A stretch of DNA of 64,000 nucleotides from Callorhinchus milii (Eukaryota). Every line of letters begins with the position of its first letter. The stretch's first letter is position 1. The notes below the pieces were generated by a model. That model ran no database searches, was not told the DNA's origin, and saw only the letters and a program-made list of their open reading frames with translations. Positions 13,504 through 25,655 of this stretch are shown in pieces. The stretch covers positions 83,454,001 to 83,518,000 of the forward strand of contig NW_024704743.1 in assembly GCF_018977255.1 (NCBI RefSeq), written 5' to 3'. The translations under genes were made by a program, and so were the position numbers.

Positions 13504-14361
13504 TATATTTTGTATCAGATATAGACATTTAGTAAAATCTCTGCATTCTTTTGGTACACTTTATATCACACAGAAGTGCTACAAAGCAGCAATCTAATAC
13601 TGAGAATACTGAGACGCAGTCAATAAAATAGTCAAAATCAGCTCTAGCAGTCTGTAATTTATGAATCCCGAGATTCGATTCCTACCTTGTAATCACTTCC
13701 AGGTATTTGTTATTCTCTATTTATTTTCTGGACCTAAAACATCTTCTTGTCAGTTGTGCTATTACACTTCACTTGTTGTAATTTGATAAACAGACNAAAA
13801 AAATCAAAATACTGAATGCTGTACTTGATGTGCATGTCACTTCATAACAAGATTTCTATGTAAATCGTAACAACGGCAAAATGTGAAATCCGAGCAAAGC
13901 CAAATACTGAACCACATTCCCTTCAGAGGAATTTACAGCTAAAAGCTTTTGGTTATCATTATTAAATATGCATACTTTAATCTGGTTGATACTGCCAAAA
14001 ATTGGGAGTATGGATTAAATTTACATTATAATAAAATGCTGCAGTGATTTCAGTTCCTATCTGGAAAAGTACTGTACCATAAGACAGGACATTAGTTTTT
14101 TATGTGTATACAAAATGCATATCATATTTTAAGGATTCATTGTGCTATTTTAAAAGAGAAGGGAGTTTCTGCCTGTGTCCTGTTCAAAATTCTCCCTTTA
14201 TCCTGGACAACAATACCCAAGATAAAAAGTAGATTATTCACTGCATGGCTGTAGTGTTCGCCTACAAATACACAATCATTGTGTTTTACAGAAAAACTCT
14301 GTGAAGCGTTTTGAGATGTTTCGGTATGATATATCAAATGCATGGAAATGTAAAGATTGCT

Positions 14362-14520
14362 TGCCATTGTGAACACTGCCTGTCAAGCTTCCCATTGCTT
14401 CTCCAGCTAAGACCACCCTACCTGTTAGGGCTTTGGCTTGCAGATTTAGCAAGAGCAGACTCAGAAGAATTCCAGTGCTATGTGATTGATCTGCTCCTCC
14501 AAGTCCTGACGAAAAGCTAG
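14362..14520. repeat. Unclassified interspersed repeat, homologous to 47436-47560
   Basis: Collinear blocks TGCCATTGxxAACACTG, CCAGCxAAGACC, GTTAGxGCTTTGGCTT and TCCAxGTCCTGxCGA in both copies. Confidence 0.7.
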
Positions 14521-14655
14521 ATATTGGAATCTGTCCCCTTCCTCTTGTGATTTGATACATGTATGCCAGCATGCTTTCGTTAATATACTTGTGTAAAATA
14601 AGAAGTGGATGATGAATAAAAATAAAAGAGGAAGGACAATACACACAGAGACGTG
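14422..14655 (-). other. Candidate 234-nt exon with a signal-peptide-like ORF end (overlaps a repeat)
   Basis: ttttcttattctacag| acceptor and CAG|gtaggg donor; ATG at 14572 opens MLAYMYQ...GILLSLLLLNLQAKALT ending in phase 1. The 3' half lies in a repeat, which lowers confidence. Confidence 0.2.
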
Positions 14656-15224
14656 CTGTAGAATAAGAAAATGCCTCATGAATTGCCTGGCTTGTTCACC
14701 ACGTTTCTTTCAGATTGTTGTATTCTTTATGGTAAGCGAAGCAGGAGTTGAAAAATAGAACATTTTCTGCTTTTTCCAGCCTGCGTCATCGTCGACTATT
14801 GGAAAAAATGTAACAGTTTCTTCACACTGTCCTTGCAAATTATATCTTTATCTTGGTTCGAGAAAGATATCCTTTGTCCCCCAACACCCGCCTGAAATTT
14901 GCATTTCCAACACTAGTCATCCTCTGAATCAGATTACATCCTTTTTAGATCACGTGCACATTTAACCGGCAAGAGAACATCATTCTTTCAGCTTTAAAAC
15001 AACTACCCGAGGGCATATTTGAGGTACCAAGCACAAAGGCACTGAAGAGTTGTGTAACTCACTACCACATGTGCCAATCACAATTAACACCATGGGACAA
15101 CATTGTGAAGTAGTGATGTGTTAATTAACGCTGATTCTGCTAATTAACACACGTGCTGTGACCATATGATATATAACGAACACATTGACAAGTCCCTGAA
15201 AGTGCCACAGACAACTCATAGTGT

Positions 15225-15575
15225 ACGCTGACACTTAAGTAGAGTGCTGGGGAAGCACCGCATTTTCAGAAGCATCGTCACTTAAATGTGATGTTAAATT
15301 GAGGTCCTGTTTGCCTGATCAGACGATCACTAAAGATCCTGTGGCACTATTCGTAAAGAGGAGTTTCTCCTGATGTCCAGCCAACAATTCCCTTGATAAA
15401 TAATCAGTCATTCACATCATGGCTGTTTGTGGATCATTGCTTTGAGCAAATTGACTGCCTTGATTGCAAATACACAGGCACTACACTTTACAGTAAATCC
15501 TGTAAAGCTCTTTGAGACATCTGGATGAAGTGCTAAGGCTTAATATCAAACATAAGCTTTATTATTTTACTTATT
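15225..15575 (+). mobile_element. Deu-domain SINE, 5'-truncated
   Basis: GAGGTCCTGTTTGCC...TAAAGATCCTGTGGCACTATTCG...GGCTGTTTGTGG followed by the tail. Confidence 0.78.
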
Positions 15576-17169
15576 ATTGGATTTGTAGCATTGAACTCCC
15601 AATTTACTGAACCACAATTTACCGGATTAACTAAATAAAAAAACTGTAAATCAGTTAATCCCACTAACAGTACAATAACACCATTTAGCTGTACATTAAC
15701 ACAATCAGAAGTTATCTGAAGTTATTCAAACTTATTGCTTCAAAAAGTACAAATTAGCCACTTTACCTGTACAATTCAATGTGAATTACAGGCGAAAAGT
15801 GATAATGAAATGAAAGGCATAATGCAGGCCATATTTTAATGAAGCTGAGCATTTCACTAAAATGCTAATCTCTGACTTCAACATTCTTTCTTGCTACCAA
15901 AATTGCATATTTGCAATAGAACAGGGGTCTTGTTGACGGACCTGGACCATCATTACTCAAAAGCTCAACAAGAGCTTCTAAAACTGTCAGGAAATCAACA
16001 GAACTATAAAGAATACATTTCGGACATAGAACATGTGTTCAAGCTTAAAATGGTATATAATACAAAGGGTCCTGCAAGGGGGGAAAAAAACAGCCAGCCA
16101 ATATCATAGGCAGCTAGTCAAAAGGATAATAGCGAAGGGCTTTGATCTTCTGGTAAGGTCGCTAGCATATCCTCAGTCATCAATTCTTGTGAATGGCATT
16201 CACTACTCTTGTAAACTTTAATCATTCATAAGAGCATGAATAATAGCTACAAAAATACAGATTTCTGTATTTTTTAATAATTTTTTATAATTTTTATAAT
16301 TTTAAGAAGTCTTCAAGCGCTCTGAGATACTACCCATGTGAAGGGCACTATATAAATGCATGTTATTATTATTGTTGTTCCATATGCATATTTGATTGAT
16401 GTCCATGAACTACTTATTGGTTCCCCTTTTCTACTGGAAGAAAAAACTCTTATTATAAATATATGCAGCTCATTCATAGTTCAAAGGCAGTGAATTGAGA
16501 CTGTTCTCTCATGCTTCCACACCCAGTTCTTCAGAATTACATTCACAAGGGAACNTTTTTTTAACCTGTGAAAATGTACACAGTTGCTTTGTTTCTCTAA
16601 TTACTTCTTGCTTTCTTCTGCCCCATGCAAGTTTTCCATTTCACGTACAGACACAGGAACAAGGCATTGTTGATGTCTTTCATCTTTTTGTTGCAGCTCT
16701 TACATTTCCTGACATTTTCTCGACTTCTCAAAGTCTACTGTACTATTAGATACATAGATAGCTCAGCATGTGCCAGTTGCAACACTACTTATTTTCTCTA
16801 ACAAATGTTGCAATCGCAAACTTTACCTACATCTCTATTGAGCATACAATGTGATGCAAAAAGCTTTAATTGCACATATTAGACCACACACCACTGTTGG
16901 CAAATTGATTAGTATTGCTTCACATTGCTTAATAACTGGAAATTCCATTGATTTCAGGGTGGAAAATAAAATTTAACCCAATTCTGTCGACAGTCATAAA
17001 GCCTTGTCCAGTACCCATTTGTGACCAAATAGTTTTGAAACACCAGTTATTTCAATCAATTAGGCTCATTCCTCCTCTGTAACTGACTGCCTGTTGTTTA
17101 CTGGCAGTGATTCTTTACCATTGTATTAAACCCATATCTGAATATGTGTAGCGACATTAACATCTGCAA

Positions 17170-17355
17170 CAAGTTTACATTTATATAGCGCCTTCACATT
17201 GGGAGGATATCTCAAAACCCTTTACAGAGCTGTCTGGGAGTCTGAGCTAGATGCGGGATATATCTGAGGAAGGCAGGGAAAAAAGGTCTTAAATTGAGCT
17301 TTAAATGTGAGGGCAGAGGGAGGCGAGGCAGAGGGGCTCCAGGATAGAGCTCCAG
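17170..17355 (-). mobile_element. Old L2 3' fragment
   Basis: CATTTATATAGCGCCTTCACATTGGGAGGATATCTCAAA tail plus the purine-rich ORF2-end motif. Confidence 0.55.
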
Positions 17356-17658
17356 AATAACACTTAAAAGCTCTCGGGTGATAACAAACTCAATATGCAG
17401 CACGACAAAAGATTTGCCAACAATCTGAACATCAGCCACTGTATGTTTGGTTAGATGATCATAATATCAAAGGAAAACAATCCAGACCAGTTCTGCATGC
17501 GCAGTGCCTTTACCCATTAGATCATCATGAGGAGCCCTTACACTTTCTAAAAAAATTGTTATATGTGACCATAATACTGCTGATTGATAATTAATGGGTC
17601 AGTCAAAAGCACGGGTAAACTTGAATCGCCAAACTATTATACTGTGTTTAGAAGAAAA

Positions 17659-18095
17659 ATAATAATAATCATTGCATTTGATATAGCGCCTTATCATGTC
17701 TTCGAAATGTCTCAAAGCGCTTCACAAAATATATTGTAAAGTATATTGTGGAGTCGTGTAGCTCAGTGGTTAGAGCACTCGCCTTGCAAGCGAGACACCT
17801 GGGTTCCATTCCAGGCAGGGCAAAACCTTGGGCAAGTTTCTTTACTCCACACGTCTAATAATAATCCCTCCAAAAAACTAAACAATAATAAATTGGTCAT
17901 TTTCAGTCCACAACTGTTTGTGGGAAACTGCTGTGCGCAATTGGCTGCCGCGTTTTGCCCAAAAATATACGGTCAATTCACTTTACAGTCTATTCTGTGA
18001 AGCGCTTTGAGACGTCGAGAAGACGTGAAAAGCGCAATATCAAATGCAAGGATTATTATTATAAAGTGAATTTACTGTATATTTTGTGGGCAAAA
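17659..18095 (-). mobile_element. SINE 3' fragment split by the opposite-orientation SINE
   Basis: 17659-17742 and 18062-18095 join into one reverse SINE tail; TAAAGT is duplicated at 17737-17742 and 18062-18067. Confidence 0.8.
17747..18061 (+). mobile_element. Full-length tRNA-Ala-headed SINE
   Basis: Same structure as 282-607; perfect CTCGC-CTTGCAA-GCGAG arm. Confidence 0.92.
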
Positions 18096-18623
18096 ATAAA
18101 CACTTGTCTCTAATATAATAATAATCCTTTCATTTGATACATTGTATTTCACATCAGAAGGACATCTCAAAACTCGTCATAGGATATCCTCTAAAGTGTA
18201 GTGACTGGGTAATTGTAAACCAATGCGGTTAGTGAAGTCCTTAGTGAGAGGTAGGCAGGTTGAAATCAGTGAAAAAGATGGCCTTATGAGAGTAATGGCC
18301 TTTTTCTATTTCAAAAGATAAAATACACAGTCATACCACTTTAAAGTATATCCTTCAAAATGGTTTGCGATGTCTCAAGGTCATGATACGGTGCTACATC
18401 AAATGCACGGCTGATTATAGGTTCTTGCAATTGTTTATACTGATCAGTCTACAGATCAGTTAATATTGATGGAGCTTTCCTATTTATACTAACAAGCAAC
18501 TCGAACATTTGAAATAAGAATTATTACTGGGTCCACTGCAGTCTCTTCCTGGACCAGCTTCCAGGAATATGTTAACCTACAAGTCAGGCACTTGATAAAC
18601 ACTGCAGGCGTATGTGTATATTT

Positions 18624-19631
18624 GTAAATAGTGGTGTGCTCCAGGGTTCAGTGTTAGGACCACTGTTTTTCTCAATTTAGATAAATGATCGGATTCTGGG
18701 ATAAAGGGGCACAATTTCTAAGCTTGCAGATGATACAAAAATAGGGAATGTAGCTAACAACGAAGAAGACTGTAAGCAACTTCAGGGGATCATAGATAGA
18801 TTAGTTGATTGGGCAGAGTAATGGCAAATGAAATTTATTGCGGACAAATATAAGGTTTTGGGAAGAAGAATAAGGAGGACACGTATCTGTTAGGTGTTAA
18901 ATTATTAAAAGGAGTGGAAGAGCAAATAGACTTGGGGGTTAATGTACATAAATCCTTAAAGCTGGGAGGGCAGACTGACAAAATTGTCAAAAAGCTAATG
19001 GAATCTTGTATTTTATAAATAGGACTAGAGAATATAAAAGCTAATAGGTAATGCTAAACTTATGGGAATTATTAGTTAGGCCACCGTTAAAATATTGTGT
19101 CCATTGTTGGTGATGTCACTTTAGGAAAGACGTCAAGGCACTAGAGGGGATGCAGTGGAGATTTATTAGGATGATACCAGGGTTGAATGGTTTGGCCTTT
19201 GAGTGGAGACTGGAGGAGCTGGGACTTTTTCCACAGGAAAAAAGAGGTTTTGAGAGGTGACCTGATAGAGGTCTTAAAATTATGAGAGGTTTATAAACAG
19301 AATCAGTAGGGAGAAATTATTTCCACTGGTCAATGAATCAGTAACTAGACAGCATCAATGTAAGATGGTTAGAAAATGAACAAATGGAGAGGTTAGGAGA
19401 ATTTTTTTTCATACCAAGTAGTTAGGATGTGGAATGCCCTGCCAGAAGCAGAGGTTGAGGCAGAATCACATTGGCCATCATGAGAGAACTAGATATATAT
19501 CTTAAAAAGATTCAGCTATGGTGGAATGGTTAAAGTAAATGAGACTGAAATGATTGCTCTTGAGGGAATTGGTACAGTCACAATGGACAGAATGACTGTC
19601 TTCTGTGCCATACATTTCTATGGTTCTATGG
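18624..19631 (+). mobile_element. CR1 LINE 3' fragment (decayed RT C-terminal part and 3'UTR)
   Basis: SGVLQGSVLGPL and LADDTKIG RT motifs, with frameshifts and stops; ends in the TTTCTATGGTTCTATGG CR1-type terminal repeat. Confidence 0.9.
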
Positions 19632-20009
19632 AGAGGCAGCAAACTTATGGGGTGTCGGTGTGTGGGCATCAGATAGAAACATCAGGCTCGTGGTTGGTGT
19701 TTAAGGCTGTATTCTTCCACTCCAGGCTTCCACATACACCAGAACTGACACCTCAGACAGAGCTTGCTGGTTCCGGTACTAATAAGTATTCAGTAGTTTA
19801 AGTAGTTCAGGATGCAATAAACAGAGGTCAAATTTCGGACTTTCTTTTGCCGATATAAAATGAGCTTTAGTAAAATAGTCTTACATTAATTAAACACCAT
19901 AGAAATTAATGAGAGGAAAAATCAATACATGGATCAAATTAGCTTTAAAGCGAAGCAGTGTATGCTGGTAAGACATCATTTGATTTATCCCAGTTTAGCT
20001 ATGAAAAAC

Positions 20010-20873
20010 AAGGTTAACATGAACATAATCAGTAATCGCACACTTACTAATAGCTGCAGCCACCCGTTTCAGTTCTGAAGCCATGGCAGAGTATTAAGAC
20101 ATTTTAAGCATGTTACATAACAAGTTAATATGTAGCCAGTAGATCTAGCAAATGGACCTTTATCAGAAAATAACTTTCTGTAATTCATGTACAATTTTTT
20201 TAATAAAAAAATCTTTACTGTTCCATTAAGCTTTATATAATATGCTGTTCTTTTTGGGTTTACATTTTAATATGTGAAAGTACATTGTTCAGAGGATCTA
20301 CCTGCAGTAATTTACATCAGAACAAACAGTGCAGAGGATGACCGATTTGGTTTTCTTGTCATGAGAGAAACCATTATTTTTCAGAACCTATTACTGTAGG
20401 GATCATATTTTAAATTCAAGCAGCTCTGCACCATGTACACAGTATCTGTCCATCTTGGGAAAATATTTTCATCAAAGAAATGTTACATAACAAAGCACTT
20501 CGTGATTTAACTCATCAGCATGGCAACCGCACTGCAGGGATGATTACCATTATCTAGGATCTGGCCGATTCGTAGATATAAAGAAACTCTCAAGGTATAA
20601 AGAGGCCATTTGCCCCATCACGGCTGTGCTTCTGATTCATTGCCATGGAGACAGGACTTTTCTTCCTATGTGGACATTTAGGAATCTAATAGGAGCCACA
20701 GTCACAGTGACACAAAGCATTTACTGTCTTTTCAAAGCATTTTACACTGAATTTAATCTAACGTAGGTATAAAAGATAAGGTTAAAATGAGCATGCTCAG
20801 AAATCAAACACTCATCTAACAGCTCTAGCTGTTTTCAGTTCTGAAGGCATCACTGAACAGAAGACATTTTAAG
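20010..20873. repeat. Pair of diverged ~100-bp direct repeats (20010-20108 and 20778-20873)
   Basis: Shared AAGGTTAAxATGAxCAT...TTTCAGTTCTGAAGxCAT...AAGACATTTTAAG. Confidence 0.7.
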
Positions 20874-20919
20874 TACTTTACCCTGGGCACTTTAACACTC
20901 CTTTCCATCAACTTGTTTT

Positions 20920-21170
20920 ATGCCTCCCGCCCACTCCATCCTACCTTCGGCAGGTGAGCCTTCAGCCACTTTGCTCCCTCCCTCTGAAACTCTCTCCTGA
21001 AATCCGTCTGTCTTGCCTCATGGTTCTCTGCTTTAGACCTACTTGGAGACTTATCTCTCTGCCTGTGCTTTCGGATACCTCTCCTGATTCCCCCAGCCAA
21101 TTCAAATTCCTGCTCAAACTTTGAGATGTTTCCGCGTGTGTGAAAAGTGCCGTACGAGTGTAAAGCTGTT
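20920..21170 (+). mobile_element. Old L2 3' fragment
   Basis: PTFGR-AFSHFAPSL-NSLP-type ORF2 end, plus a tail resembling TGAAAAGTGCCGTA. Confidence 0.65.
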
Positions 21171-21464
21171 AAATCTATTTGAAGGCTTTAACAGCTTGTT
21201 CAGTTACTTTATTAATATCAAAAACAGCTTTCTTAAAGTCCTTGCTCATTGTTATGTACATTTGAACGCCATCACTTTTGTCACACGAAGGATTGCAGAA
21301 TTTTAATGCAAATCTGGAGCCATTGTTCAACGCTCTGGAGCATCAACCGGGCTTTGTGCACTCAGAGGAGCTATGGGATTAATCCCCGTTTAGTACATTT
21401 ATCATCCGTTGCCTCCCAGCGAGTGTTGTTCTCCATCTCTTTCCATTCACATTTTCAAGATCCA

Positions 21465-21632
21465 TTCACATTTTCAAGACTGAGGTGGATAGATATTTGT
21501 TAGGTCAGGGTATCAAGGGATATGTGGCAAGGGAGGATATTTGGAGTAGAGGTACAGATCAGCCATGATTTTATAGCATGGCGGAACAGGCTCAAGGGGC
21601 TGAATAACCTACTCCTGTTCCTATGTTCCTAT
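21465..21632 (+). mobile_element. Shark HER1/HE1-type CR1 3' tail
   Basis: GATCAGCCATGAT...GGCGGAACAGGCTCAAGGGGCTGAAT...CCTACTCCTGTTCCTATGTTCCTAT; reverse copy at 53981-54070. Confidence 0.75.
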
Positions 21633-21670
21633 CAGGAACAATCTATTCAGCCCCCAAATAATTGGTATCG

Positions 21671-23423
21671 CTCTCTGTCCCCCTCAACCCCTCGCCCTCT
21701 CTGTCCCCCTCACCCTACCCATCATCTGCTCCTACCACCACCCTCATCCTACATTCCTTCCTCCCCATCTCTCCCTCCTCCCTCTCACCCACCATCACCT
21801 TCATGAAACCCACCGCCTGCTGCCTCGACTCCCTCCCCACCAACTTGCTGGTCACCCAGCTCCCCCTCCTCTGCCCACTATTGGCTGATGTCATCAACCA
21901 GTCCCTCTCCTCCGGATCAGTCCCTGCCCCCCTCAAAACTGCTGTCATCAAACCCTCCTCAAAAAACCTTCCCTAGATTCCTCAAACCTCAGCCACTACC
22001 TACCGCCCTATTTCAAACTTGCCCTTCCTCGCAAAAGTCCTAGAACGCGTTGTTGCCAATCAACTTCATGCACACCTCTCCTCTCACTCCCTCTTCAAAC
22101 CCCTCCAGTCCAGTTTCCGCCCTGCCCACAGTACAGAGACTGCGCTTGTGAAAGTCACAAATGACATCCTCTCTATCTGTGACCAGGGATCCCTCTGCCT
22201 CCTTGTCCTCCTGGACCTCTCCGCTTTTTTCGACACAGTTGAACACACCATCCTCCTCCACCATCTTTCCTTGGTATTCCACCTCAGTGGGACCGCACTC
22301 GCCTGGTTCGAGTCCTATCTCACAACCGCCAGCAGTACATCTGCACAAACAGCTTCTCCTCCCGCTCTCACCCGGTTACCTGCGGGGTACCCCAAGGATC
22401 CATCCTTGGCGCCCTCCTCTTTCTGATCTACATGCTCCCTCTTGGGGATGTCATCCGCAGACATGGGGTACATTTCCACATGTACGCGGACGACACTCAA
22501 CTCTATTTTTCCACCTCTCTTTGCAACCCCCAGTCCCCTGATGTTCTGTCAGCCTGCCTGGCAGACCTCAGGGGCTGAATGAGCCAAAATTTCCTTCAGC
22601 TGAACTTTGACAAGACGGAAGCCATACTCTTTGGCTCTCGTCAACGTCTAAAATCTCACGGTTCTCACCTCCTCCACCTACCCGACCTCCCCCTAAAGCT
22701 CTCCGAACTCGTACGCAACCTAGGCATCAGGTTTGACCCCCAATTATCCTTCCTCCCTACATCCGGTCCCTCACCAGCACCGCTTTCTTCCACCTCCGAC
22801 GCATCGCTCGTCTCCGCCAATATCTCTCCGAAAGCCGCTGAAACCCTGGTCCATGCCTTTGTCACCTCTCGGCTGGATTATTCTACCGCCCTCCTCACCG
22901 GCCTCCCATTCATTACCATCCATAAAATCCAGATTATTCAAAACTCTGCCGCCCACATTCTCACCTGCACCAAACTCCGCTCCCTGATTACCCCAGTCCT
23001 TTCCAGACTGCACTGACTGCCTGTCCCAGAGAAGATTGACTTCAAGATCTTCACCCTTGTCTTCAAATCCCTCCACTCCTCTGCACTCCCCTACCCTTCT
23101 GACCTCCTCTCTCCTCAAAAAGTGCCCGTTGCCTTCGTTCCTCCGGGTCTGGCCTCCTCCTTGTCCCCCGAGTCCTCCGCTCCACCCTCGGGGCCGTGCC
23201 TTCAGCCACTATGCTCCGAGATTCTGGAACTCCCTTCCTCACTCCCTTCGCCTCGTCCCCTCTCTTCCCATTTTCTGCTGAAGACCTTTCTTTTCGCTGC
23301 GCCTTTGGTCACCTTCCTCCCCCACCCCCTGGCTCAGCCGCAGGATCTGTTTCTGTGAAGTGCTCTGAGACGCCGTCTGGTGAGGAGGGCGCTATATAAA
23401 TCCAAGTTGTTGTGTTGTTGTTG
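21671..23423 (+). mobile_element. 5'-truncated, decayed L2 LINE with reverse transcriptase domain
   Basis: YRPISNLPFLAKVLERVV, FRPAHSTETAL, LLDLSAFFDTV, GVPQGSILG, HMYADDTQLY, FLQLNFDKTE; frameshifts; (TTG)n tail. Confidence 0.95.
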
Positions 23424-24204
23424 GTAACTCAATTCACAACTGTTTGTGGGACAATGTGGTGTCCAATTGACTACCACATTTCCCCCACAAAATACACAAC
23501 AAATTCATCTTACAATATTCTGTGAAACGCTTTGAGGTGTCTCCATGTCGTGATAAGGCGCTATATCAAATGTAAGGATTAATATTATTATTGTTTTTAT
23601 ATATTGAGCAGGGATCAAGAGCAGACTGAATTGCCCATCTCTAGTTAAAGCTACTGAGGCCGAGTGTAACTCACTTACTGCTAGCCCAAGTGAGATCAGC
23701 TAATTCATCTGTAAAGTTGCCAATCTTATTGGAGTAAGATTACAATTAGAAATTATAGTTGATAATTGGTAATCTTAGCTACAAGGGAAGAAAACACCAT
23801 CCCTCTCCTCATATTATGGCCAAAACAAAAGTTAAACACTAACGTTAAAATAATGGCCCAGATTGTTAAATAAAACAAAAACTCTGAATAGAGTGGGTGG
23901 AAATTGCATTCCAGGCGTTGGAACATTTTGTGTGTTTCTTTATTGCCATTAGATAACGTTTTTAAAGAGACAAAAATGTAAACAAGCCACAGATCCAAAC
24001 TAGCCCAAACTTTCTTTGTAACCACAGTTTTGTTTTCTTTGTAACCGTACAATTACAACCTGGAAGGAGGAAGGAATCTGTTCAGTTCTCAGCAGGCTGG
24101 CAGCTTTGGTTTAGAGTGGAACTGAGTTCTTCCTCTCCATTCCAAGGATTATTCCAATTTTCCAGTTTCTGTGTCTTGTGCAATTTGACTTACTCAATAA
24201 TAAT

Positions 24205-24560
24205 TTTATTTTTTCATTGTTTTCTCCATCACCTCGCTTGACTCTCTGCTGAACATGCTAACTCTGGCAAGGTAATGATTTTGTGGGAGGCAGCAGCTCT
24301 ACTTCCAGTGACTGCTCCAAGTGATTGTTCTCTTTGACCAAGTGAGTGTAGACATGGCAAATTCTAAAATCAGAGGGCTTTTACAACGGGATTTGAGTAG
24401 AAAGCATCACAGTAGAGGCCAATCCTCTCCTCATTAGAAGGCATTTTTCTGCAGCCCCAAGTTCTGGCCTAGGTGAGATCAGTACATTCAGCATTCAAAC
24501 TACCTCTTTGCATGATCCAATTCCAAATCAGATGGCCAGCACGTTTGTGCACAAGGGCAA
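24205..24560 (-). mobile_element. Ancient SINE-like repeat (same family as 49920-50240), degenerate
   Basis: GTGAGATCAGTACATTCAGCA is shared in reverse with 23688, 30730 and 62140. Weak manual alignment. Confidence 0.4.
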
Positions 24561-25435
24561 TGGCAGAGGTTACTCAATAATTTATGTTTTAACCTGGATA
24601 CATACATTCAGAAATTTCAGAACTTTCACACTTGGCAAGGACTTAATATGAACCTACTAATTAAAGACCAGTCCAGTGACCAAGTCAAGATCTTTGAATC
24701 ATTAAACTAGTGGGTGGGTGAGGGGGAAGGGGGACAATTTTATTTTGCTAATGTGTAGCAATTAATAGTATTAATTCTTGCATTTAATATAGCGCCTTAC
24801 CACAACATAAAAGCACTTCACAGGATTCACTCTAAAGTGCATTGACTATGTACTTGTAGGCAAATAGGTCAGCCAATTTGTGCACATTTTTATTCATTTG
24901 TGCTCACTAAGGGACAATCCCTGTACAACCACACAATTCCAAAGACGCTAGACTTTCCAGTAAGTGGAACTTCTCAACCCAAATCTCCACAATGTCGTTG
25001 GTGGGGGAAAATGTAAATTTTCAGACTTTAAGTATCTTGTGACTTTTACTGCCAATTTATGTCATTTTCAATTTCATTCAATATGCTGCCAGCTATAGTC
25101 CAGTGACAACATCTGACAGCAAGTCTTGCTTCAGAAATCCAAGCGCAGCTCATAAATTTGGAATATGAGATATAGTCAGTTGGATTACGACTGCATTACA
25201 TTCAGAAATAGTAGCATTGATATGTTATCCCTTCAGCGAGAGAGTTTCCTAAATTTCCAACCTGGTATTGCATGGGACATGCCGGAGTCAGCTCAGTGTA
25301 GGTTAACATCAGTTAAAAAATCTTCAAACACATTGGATGTGTGAGTTGCAATAAATGATAGTGAAAAGCTAACGTGATTCAAATTGCAGGATTCCTAATA
25401 CCATCCCGGTCCCAAAATATCATCATAGATAATTA

Positions 25436-25655
25436 CATCAACAACTCGCATTTATGCAATGTTTTTCATGTAGCAGCATGTCAGAGCACTTTACAGTGAT
25501 AGGGTGGGATGCCGAGCAAGGGAGAGCAGGAAGGTCGACCCTAGGCGAGGTCAAAGGGGCAAGCTTTAAGACAGGATTTGAAGACAAGCATAGAGGGGTA
25601 AGAAGGTGGGGCAAAGGAAGGGAGTTCCAGAGATTAGAGGCACCCCCAACCATGT
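25436..25655 (-). mobile_element. Old L2 3' fragment
   Basis: MVGGASNLWNSLP...FKxCLK ORF2-end motif and CAACAAC tail. Confidence 0.65.

Noticed and set aside
13686..13733. Possible 48-nt minus-strand exon (ttttag|GTCC...CAAG|gtagga)
   Set aside because: Purine-rich, AG-containing acceptor region and stops in all frames; too weak.
22019..23016. Reverse-transcriptase ORFs as a functional or domesticated gene or a novel RT system
   Set aside because: Frameshifted, 5'-truncated L2 ORF2 with a normal L2 tail; an ordinary dead retrotransposon.
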